This document shows, piece after piece, positions 7,779-13,913 of a stretch of DNA of 13,913 bases. The notes below the pieces were generated by a model. That model was given only the letters and a program-made list of their open reading frames with translations, was not told where the DNA came from and made no database searches. The stretch lies in the NCBI GenBank assembly GCA_038883775.1, contig JAVZLM010000014.1:1-13913 (forward strand), read 5' to 3'. The stretch comes from Candidatus Bathyarchaeia archaeon (lineage in GTDB: Archaea; Thermoproteota; Bathyarchaeia; Bathyarchaeales; Bathycorpusculaceae). The position numbers and the translations under genes are program-made. How positions within the stretch are numbered: position 1 is the first letter of the stretch; the number at the start of each line of letters is the position of its first letter.

Positions 7779-8816
7779 ATGTCTGCCATTGTAAAAGCCT
7801 TTAGCATTGTTTCGCGAGTCTTAGCCCCAGACAAGCCTTATCATGTTCAATGGATGATTACAAGAAAATGCAATTACCGCTGCAGAGGATGCAACGTTTG
7901 GCGGGAGCAAGACAACAGAGAACTATCAACTGAAGAGATTAAACATGGACTAGATATTCTCCGAAAACTAGGCGTTATAGAAGTAGTGATATCTGGCGGC
8001 AACCCGCTTTTGAGAGAGGACATCGATGAAATAATCGCGTATGCGTCACGTTACTTCTTTACAACAGTCTATGATAATGGCAGTTTGGCAGCTGAAAAAA
8101 TTGATGCTTTAAAGTACGCAAATTTTGTCGCAATCTCAATAGACAGCCTAAACCCAGAAAAGAACGACCGCATAAGGGGTGTTAAGGGCGCATGGAAGAG
8201 AGCCATGGAAACTGTTGAAAAACTTCATATGGAAAAAATTAATGTGAGCGTAACACCTACAATTTCACAAGCCAATCTTTACGAGATTGTTGACTTCACC
8301 AAGTATTTCTTGAAAAGGGGAATTCCAGTTTGGTATTCTTTATACTCTTACGATACACCAAAGCATTCGAATCCGCTTTTTAAAATAGGAAAAGCGGAAG
8401 ACTCCTTCTCAATAAAGGATAGGGACGCAATGGTTAAGGTATGCGACTCGCTTCTGGAAATGAAGCGTGAGAACGAAAACTTGTTGATTACAAACAAAGT
8501 TTTAGAAGCTGTTAAGCATCTTTATTTGAGCAATAAAAGAATTTGGAGGTGTCGTGCACTTCAGAATTTCTTCGTGATAAATCACCGTGGTGAAGTTGCC
8601 GGCTGCCACCTTCATGAACCGGTCGCTTCAATTTTTGATCTTCCAGACCTTTGGAAAAGTGAGAAGTTTGAAGCCCTTAGAAAAGAGTATAGCGAATGCA
8701 AAAGATGCGCATATCTTTGCTACATTTTCTACTCGATTCATGGAAGCGTCGCCGGCAACATTGAAATCGTTAAGGACAAGTGGCGTAACGTGAAATTTTT
8801 CTTAAAAAGACGTTAG
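7779..8816 (+). CDS. Radical SAM enzyme with a C-terminal SPASM/Twitch-like Cys-rich domain
   Basis: CNYRCRGC (CxxxCxxC), SGGNPLLR, ISIDS. Auxiliary cysteines in CRAL...GEVAGC...CKRCAYLC. Confidence 0.92.
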   Translation: MSAIVKAFSIVSRVLAPDKPYHVQWMITRKCNYRCRGCNVWREQDNRELSTEEIKHGLDILRKLGVIEVVISGGNPLLREDIDEIIAYASRYFFTTVYDNGSLAAEKIDALKYANFVAISIDSLNPEKNDRIRGVKGAWKRAMETVEKLHMEKINVSVTPTISQANLYEIVDFTKYFLKRGIPVWYSLYSYDTPKHSNPLFKIGKAEDSFSIKDRDAMVKVCDSLLEMKRENENLLITNKVLEAVKHLYLSNKRIWRCRALQNFFVINHRGEVAGCHLHEPVASIFDLPDLWKSEKFEALRKEYSECKRCAYLCYIFYSIHGSVAGNIEIVKDKWRNVKFFLKRR

Positions 8817-9784
8817 TTTGCACGTAATATTTCTAAAACAGCTTTCTCAACAGCTTGACGGCTGTTCATTTTAGGCTTCCACCCAAGATTTTTAAGTTTT
8901 TCGATGCTCAGGAGCATAATTTTTACGTCGCCTTTCCATCCTCTTCCTCCATCGACGCCGCCGGTGAAAACATATCGTACGCTTTTTAGTCCCATCTTTG
9001 TGCAAACAATATCTGCTATTTCCTTAACGACTATTTGATCTTCAGAGCCCACATTAAACACGCTTACCCTTTCGTTACTTGCCTCCAAGCCGGCTAAGAT
9101 GGCGTCTATACAGTCTTCAACGTGTAGGTAAGATTTTGTTTGGGTGCCATCGCCGAGTATCTCAAGCCTCTTTGGATTTTTCCGAAGCTTTTTTATGAAA
9201 TCGTTTATGACTCCATGCTGCGACCTTAAGCCTACAATATTAGCCAGTCTATAAATTATAGCTTTGAATCCGTACGTGTTAGCATATGATGAAATGAGGG
9301 CTTCGGCAGCCAGCTTAGAGGCGCCGTAAGTTGAAATGGGTTTTAGTGGAGCATAATCCTCTGGAGTTGGTATTACCGATGCATCTCCGTAAACTGTTGA
9401 GGAAGATGTGAAAATCAGAGTTTTGACATGCCCAACTTTGCGAATTACTTCAAGTAGGTTAAATGTGGCGAGCACGTTTTGTTTGTAATGAATTTGGGGA
9501 TTTTCAGAGCCAACGCGAACTTCCGGGTTAGCGGCAAGATGGAAAACACTATCACACTCACTTATGTATTTGACAACCTCTTTGGGTGACAGCAAGTCGC
9601 CATGTATGAATTTGAAATTAGGGGTGTTCAACCATTTTTTTATGTTTTCAATAACACCTGAGCTTAAGTTGTCAAATACAACAACTTCTTTGCCCATTTC
9701 GCATAATCTGTCTACTAAGTGGCTCCCTATGAAACCCGCGCCTCCTGTTATGAAAACTTTTCCAAGATCTGGACTCAGAGACAT
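8813..9784 (-). CDS. NAD-dependent NDP-sugar epimerase/dehydratase (extended SDR, GalE-like)
   Basis: TGGAGFIGSH, DNLSSG, HLAANP, SSSTVYG, YGASK. 4-nt convergent overlap with the radical SAM stop. Confidence 0.95.
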   Translation of the reverse strand: MSLSPDLGKVFITGGAGFIGSHLVDRLCEMGKEVVVFDNLSSGVIENIKKWLNTPNFKFIHGDLLSPKEVVKYISECDSVFHLAANPEVRVGSENPQIHYKQNVLATFNLLEVIRKVGHVKTLIFTSSSTVYGDASVIPTPEDYAPLKPISTYGASKLAAEALISSYANTYGFKAIIYRLANIVGLRSQHGVINDFIKKLRKNPKRLEILGDGTQTKSYLHVEDCIDAILAGLEASNERVSVFNVGSEDQIVVKEIADIVCTKMGLKSVRYVFTGGVDGGRGWKGDVKIMLLSIEKLKNLGWKPKMNSRQAVEKAVLEILRAN

Positions 9785-9839
9785 TTCTACCCTTCAGCGG
9801 ATTCATATTTTCAAAAAGGCTCTCGGCATATTTATTTTG

Positions 9840-10859
9840 TTATCCTTTATGCCTTGTTAATGCCAACCATAAGTGGTCACATTTTGGACGCGGAAGACTA
9901 GCTAAACGTTTATTTTTGCGAACCATTACACGCGTTTTTGAATCGGCCAAAAACTCGCCTATTACGGACGCCTCAATTTTTTCTTCCCTCAATTTTTTGG
10001 TTATGCATTCTACGTGTTCGGGTTTTGCCGCAATAAGCATGGCTCCAGAGCTTATTAGCTGCAATGGGTCTATCCTTAAAAGCCTACAGATTTCCGCAGT
10101 TTCGTCTGCCACCGGAATGTTCTCTTCAAAAACTTTAACGCCCAAGTTTGAGGCGTCTGCCATTTCGTGAATGCCTCCGATGACGCCGCCTTCCGTCGGG
10201 TCATGCATGGCATTTACTCCGCCAGTTTTGAAGGCCGCTATGCCATCTTTGACCACACTTATTTTCTCAAAAAACTTCTGTGCAGACCTTAAAAGCTCGC
10301 CATCAGCGCCCATATTTAGAAGAAGACTATAGCGTTCGGTTGCAAGTATGGCTGTCCCCTCTATGCCAGCACTTTTTGTCAAGATCAATTTATCTCCAGG
10401 TTTTGCTCCACCGGCAGTGACATAGCGCCCTTTTTCCGCTATTCCCAAAGCACATCCTATGACAACAGGATTTGTAAGCCCAGGTGTTACTTCGCAGTGT
10501 CCTCCAACAATTGCCATTTTTAAATCCTTTGCAGCGGCATCCATTTGGGAACATATAACCTCAACAGTTTCCCAATCAGCTTTTTCTGGAAGCAATATGC
10601 ACGAAAGGAAGAAGATTGGTTCCACACCAAAAGTGGCAACATCATTCGCATTAACGTTAACTGCAAGCCAGCCGATACGCTCAACAGCGCCTGTAATGGG
10701 ATCCATTGAAGCCACTAGGGATTTTTCATCTAAATCGATAACTGCACCGTCAAAACCGGCTGAAGGGCCGAGAACAACTTCCGCCCGTTTAAATCCCAAA
10801 TTTTTAAAGACAATTTCTGTAAGTATTTCAACAGGGATTTTTCCCATGGGCAACTTCAT
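9840..10859 (-). CDS. AIR-synthase-related (PurM/HypE/ThiL/SelD-fold) protein; not a canonical HypE
   Basis: GK start motif, DGAVI, DPITG, NANDVA, IVGGHCEVT, AKPGDKLILTK, MHDPTEGG. It lacks the C-terminal PR(I/V)C-COOH of HypE and ends PRPKCDHLWLALTRHKG. Confidence 0.88.
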   Translation of the reverse strand: MKLPMGKIPVEILTEIVFKNLGFKRAEVVLGPSAGFDGAVIDLDEKSLVASMDPITGAVERIGWLAVNVNANDVATFGVEPIFFLSCILLPEKADWETVEVICSQMDAAAKDLKMAIVGGHCEVTPGLTNPVVIGCALGIAEKGRYVTAGGAKPGDKLILTKSAGIEGTAILATERYSLLLNMGADGELLRSAQKFFEKISVVKDGIAAFKTGGVNAMHDPTEGGVIGGIHEMADASNLGVKVFEENIPVADETAEICRLLRIDPLQLISSGAMLIAAKPEHVECITKKLREEKIEASVIGEFLADSKTRVMVRKNKRLASLPRPKCDHLWLALTRHKG

Positions 10860-10882
10860 TTTTAGCCCTTTTCAAAGTTCTT

Positions 10883-11602
10883 TTAGATCTTAAATATCCT
10901 TTGTGCATTTTGCTCCAAAATCATATCAAGCTGCTTTTTTGTTAAACCAGCAACTTCAACTTTTTTAATTTCAAAGGCAGGGTGGCCGAAGGGCATATCA
11001 GACCCGTAAATGACTCTGTTCTCGCCGATTTTTAAAACAGCCTCCTTTATTTTACTATGCATAGGCATCGCGGATGTTTCTAGTATGATGTTTTCATGTT
11101 TTTGTGCAACTTCTATGGCTCCGTTAATGTAAACTATATGCCCATGACCCATGTGGCCCAAAATAATTGGAACATCGGGGTACACATCAGCTAAGTTTCC
11201 AAAGTGCCATGGCAAAGACCATGGTGGATGACCGCAATGGAAAAGGACTGGCACCTTATATTTACGGGCTTGATCCATTATAGGATAAACTATGTCCTGA
11301 TCCGGCAAGTACGCGTTAAGTAAGGGGTGCATCTTTATCCCTCTGAAACCCCATCTGTTAACTGCTTTGTCTATTAGTTTCACAGCGTCTTCGCCGTAGT
11401 AGGGGTTGACCCAGACAAGGCCCACGAGTTTCTCTGGATATAAATTAACTGCGTTTTGGGTCAATTGATTTGGTAAAGAAAAGACTATACACTTTTTTAT
11501 GTTGCATTCATCCATAATACGCAGCATTCCTTTAACATCTAATTCAACGTTGAAAACTGGGAATTTGCCAAGATGAGTGTGGGAGTCTATAACCACAATC
11601 AA
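10883..11602 (-). CDS. Metal-dependent amidohydrolase superfamily protein (Amidohydro_2/TIM barrel)
   Basis: IDSHTH (HxH), GIKMHP, LFHCG, LGHMG, YGSDMPF. SD-like GGAGAGG immediately upstream favours TTG 11602 or GTG 11596; ATG 11635 is also possible. Confidence 0.92.
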   Translation of the reverse strand: MIVVIDSHTHLGKFPVFNVELDVKGMLRIMDECNIKKCIVFSLPNQLTQNAVNLYPEKLVGLVWVNPYYGEDAVKLIDKAVNRWGFRGIKMHPLLNAYLPDQDIVYPIMDQARKYKVPVLFHCGHPPWSLPWHFGNLADVYPDVPIILGHMGHGHIVYINGAIEVAQKHENIILETSAMPMHSKIKEAVLKIGENRVIYGSDMPFGHPAFEIKKVEVAGLTKKQLDMILEQNAQRIFKI

Positions 11603-11639
11603 TCCTCTCCACACATTTAACCCAGTTTTGGGCATTAAC

Positions 11640-12179
11640 TTATAGCAAGTATTCTATTTTTAGTGATCGCCTTAATATTAACAAAATTGGCACCGTCACG
11701 ACGATGTCTATAGCGCTTAGAGGGAAAAATGTGATTAGATCTAAATACGCTACAGGACCAAACAAAAAGTAATCGTAAAGAAAATAACCCACGTTTTTCT
11801 CGATTGCGGCGAAAACCATTGCTAGAAGTTCGGAACGTCTCGGTTGTGTTGAAAATAAGCGCCTTAAACTGCCCAGCAGAAAACCCATAAAACCGCGAAT
11901 AACTATTGTTGCTGGAGCCCACTGTATAAAACTACTACCCCATAGGGGATTCCATATGTCGAAGAGCATAGCACCAACACCACATGCAAATGATCCTACA
12001 AGAGGCCCGCAAAGGATGGCTGCTATAAAAGATGCAATGTCTCCCAAATGCCAAACCCCTAAAGGTTTGGGCATAGGAACAGATATGGCTGTCATGGCGT
12101 AAACAAGTGCTGTCATGACACCCATAGTTGCTATAACTTTTGAAGGTGACACGTTTACATGGAATGCTCTTGTGTTCAC
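11640..12179 (-). CDS. ECF transporter substrate-binding S component (HmpT/PdxU-like)
   Basis: 179 aa, about 6 hydrophobic segments. The pattern ALV...T...VP.P..G..HLGD...F.AA.L.GP..G..A.GVG..L.D....WAP.T.VI.G.MG resembles HmpT/PdxU-type S components as I recall them. The substrate is not proven. Confidence 0.85.
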   Translation of the reverse strand: MNTRAFHVNVSPSKVIATMGVMTALVYAMTAISVPMPKPLGVWHLGDIASFIAAILCGPLVGSFACGVGAMLFDIWNPLWGSSFIQWAPATIVIRGFMGFLLGSLRRLFSTQPRRSELLAMVFAAIEKNVGYFLYDYFLFGPVAYLDLITFFPLSAIDIVVTVPILLILRRSLKIEYLL

Positions 12180-12202
12180 GTTTTACCCCTTCGTATAGAT
12201 TT

Positions 12203-12236
12203 AGTTAAGGTATAACTTTACTATATAAAATTTAGC
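12203..12236 (-). promoter_or_regulatory. Putative promoter (TATA) and candidate operator upstream of the ECF S gene
   Basis: Minus-strand TTTATATA at 12229-12222 preceded by GCTAAA. Inverted repeat AGTTA-N5-TAACT at 12203-12217 just downstream. SD-like AAGGGG before GTG 12179. Confidence 0.5.
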
Positions 12237-12268
12237 TTAACCAAAAAATGGAGTGATCATGAAAATTA

Positions 12269-13672
12269 TCACAACAAGAGTTTTAAGTCATCAAGCGCTG
12301 TCAAAACTTTTCTCCCACGCCTCGTTATTCTGTAGTGTTTTCTCCCATTTTTTATGAAGCTCACCACTAACCCTCTTTGGTACAGTTCATTTAGGTGCTG
12401 GTATATGGCTACTCTTGTCATTGTTTTTCCGAGTTTTTTCCATAAATCATAGCCGTAAGTGTCCTTTTCACACAAGATCTTAAGTATTTTCGCTTTTGTA
12501 CTTAACTCTAATCCAATAACCGCTGTTTTCTTTTTCTTTGTTAAGGCTTGAAGGATGTCTGTTGCTTTTAGACCGCTTCCAGTTATTAAGCATACAACCT
12601 TGTCCTTTTTGTCGATAACTCGCTCATTCATAAGCTTTTTTAGCGCTGCGTATGTTGCTGCGCTTGCTGGTTCGGCGAAGACGCCTTCATGTTTGGCGAT
12701 TTCCTGTTCTGCTGAAAAGATTTCTTCGTCTGAAACTGATGTAGCGATTCCTTGGGATTCTTTTATGGCTTTAAGGGCTAGTTTGCCATACCAGGGGTTT
12801 TTAACGAGGATGGCGAGTGCCCGGGTTGAAGGTTTTGCTGTGAAGGCTAGCTCATGAATTTTTTGCGTGTACGCTTTCACAATTGGTGAGCATCCTTCGG
12901 CTTGGACGCCGATCATCTTTGGAACGGATTTTACCTCGCCTTTTATTTCAAGTTCTTTGAAGCCTTTCCAAACGGCATATAATGTTCCGCCACTCCCCAT
13001 GGGGGCTATAAACCAGTCTGGAGCCTCCATTTGTTCGTAAACTTCATAGGCTATGGTTTTTAGGGCTTCTATGGATAGTGGATTAAACTCTGCGGACCCT
13101 TGATACCATCTCATTTCTTTAGCTAACTCATCCGCTCTTTTCAATGAATCATCCACTATTTCACCGTGCTCCTCGATTATAGCATCATAGATGAGCATTT
13201 GGGCAAGTTTTCCCATGTCCACGTTTCTCGGCACCACAACATGGCATGCTAATCCGGACTTTGCACAGTATGCAGCCAAAGAGGCACCAAGGTTTCCATT
13301 TGTAGCACAGACAAGCGACTTATACCCTAAATCTACAGCGTTGGAAACCATTAGGGCAGCGCATCTATCCCTAAAAGAATTTGTTGGGTTTCGCGTCTCG
13401 TCTTTGAAGTATAAATTGTTTAGCCCAACGCTTTCGGCAAGTCTCCACGCCTTTATGAGCGAGGTTCCGCCTTCCCCCATTGAAACAACATTCCTAACCG
13501 CTGGCAAAAATTTCCTGTAACGCCAAAAAGTGAAGGAACCGACAAATTTCTCAGTTTTAAGCACTTCATCGTCACATTTATACTCTAGAATGCTGCCACA
13601 TTTCTTGCAACTATATCGTGGCGGATAAGCTTCAAACTTTGCACCACACGTTGTGCACGTCAGATAGAACAT
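12269..13672 (-). CDS. Threonine-synthase-like (PLP fold type II) protein lacking the catalytic Lys, fused to a C-terminal PadR-type winged helix-turn-helix
   Basis: N-terminal Zn ribbon (CTTC/CKKC), SMGEGGT, NPTNSFRDR (canonical NPTGSFKDR), GVQAEGCSP, EGVFAEPASA, LITGSGLK. Then ILKILCEKDTYGYDLWKKL...AIYQHLNELYQRGLV...RKHYRITRRGRKVL, the PadR pattern. Start is GTG 13675 or ATG 13672. Confidence 0.88.
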   Translation of the reverse strand: MFYLTCTTCGAKFEAYPPRYSCKKCGSILEYKCDDEVLKTEKFVGSFTFWRYRKFLPAVRNVVSMGEGGTSLIKAWRLAESVGLNNLYFKDETRNPTNSFRDRCAALMVSNAVDLGYKSLVCATNGNLGASLAAYCAKSGLACHVVVPRNVDMGKLAQMLIYDAIIEEHGEIVDDSLKRADELAKEMRWYQGSAEFNPLSIEALKTIAYEVYEQMEAPDWFIAPMGSGGTLYAVWKGFKELEIKGEVKSVPKMIGVQAEGCSPIVKAYTQKIHELAFTAKPSTRALAILVKNPWYGKLALKAIKESQGIATSVSDEEIFSAEQEIAKHEGVFAEPASAATYAALKKLMNERVIDKKDKVVCLITGSGLKATDILQALTKKKKTAVIGLELSTKAKILKILCEKDTYGYDLWKKLGKTMTRVAIYQHLNELYQRGLVVSFIKNGRKHYRITRRGRKVLTALDDLKLLL

Positions 13673-13747
13673 CACGCTGCCTCGTTTTCCCTTTTCCTAA
13701 ACGTTAAATTCAGCAGTCCCATCTATGAGGCTTTCTGAATTCTAGGT

Positions 13748-13912
13748 TTAAGGCTCCAAGCTTGGAAGTATTGCAATTACCTCCGCAACTCGCTTTACAA
13801 TTATCCGGTCAAATTTGACATCGTTTTCTATATTAACCAGCGGACCGATTCCATGCTGTTCGTTTTTAATATTTCTTGGGTTTGCATCCTTTGGCTTTTC
13901 CAACATTATGAA
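13748..13912 (-). CDS. C-terminal end of a hypothetical protein (truncated by window edge)
   Basis: Open frame FIMLEKPKDANPRNIKNEQHGIGPLVNIENDVKFDRIIVKRVAEVIAILPSLEP* ending in TAA at 13750-13748. No recognisable motif. Confidence 0.5.
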   Translation of the reverse strand, partial: FIMLEKPKDANPRNIKNEQHGIGPLVNIENDVKFDRIIVKRVAEVIAILPSLEP

Positions 13913-13913
13913 T

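Noticed and set aside
6286-8793. ORFs 6286-6468, 6293-6526, 7085-7522, 8587-8793
   Set aside because: Antisense or out-of-frame shadows within the GT2 and radical SAM genes.
9840-10859. Annotation as hypE, purM, thiL or selD
   Set aside because: No C-terminal PRIC, no SelD N-terminal Cys/Sec motif, and no pathway context for PurM or ThiL.
9564-10893. Plus-strand ORFs 9564-9860, 9719-9901, 9916-10170, 10459-10893
   Set aside because: Antisense to the epimerase and AIR-synthase-like genes; no motifs.
11635-11922. 95-aa same-strand alternative-frame ORF whose stop overlaps ATG 11635
   Set aside because: Lies almost wholly within the ECF S gene, whose own frame is complete and motif-bearing; no sign of a frameshift.
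12555-13520. Plus-strand ORFs 12555-12857 and 13191-13520
   Set aside because: Antisense shadows of the ThrC-like gene.
12269-13675. Annotation as a functional thrC
   Set aside because: The PLP-binding Lys is Arg and other active-site motifs deviate; gene symbol withheld.
1-13913. CRISPR array, rRNA, intact IS/transposase, tRNA intron
   Set aside because: No regularly spaced repeats, rRNA-like sequence, transposase ORF or intron in the tRNA were seen by eye.

Overview
Archaeal chromosomal window. Gene content and protein style suggest Bathyarchaeia or a related TACK lineage, but that is inference. From left to right it contains: the 3' end of a LysM-like Lrp/AsnC regulator; asd; a small AT-rich accessory patch (ATC-hydrolase/V4R-like gene, 23-codon overlapping ORF, truncated tyrosine integrase) abutting the 3' end of an intronless tRNA-Cys(GCA); a ThiF/MoeB E1-like enzyme with a Cys-containing TBP-like tail; an ATP-dependent DNA ligase; a TPR protein; a glycosylation block (two GT2s, a radical SAM enzyme, an NDP-sugar epimerase); and a minus-strand cluster. 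That cluster is the most interesting part. It starts with a threonine-synthase-like protein whose PLP Schiff-base lysine is replaced by Arg and which is fused to a C-terminal PadR-type winged helix. Downstream come an HmpT/PdxU-like ECF S component, a metal-dependent amidohydrolase and a PurM/HypE-fold (AIR-synthase-like) protein. I infer a pseudoenzyme one-component regulator controlling an uptake/salvage module, possibly for vitamin B6. All family calls come from motif recognition by eye; no searches were run.
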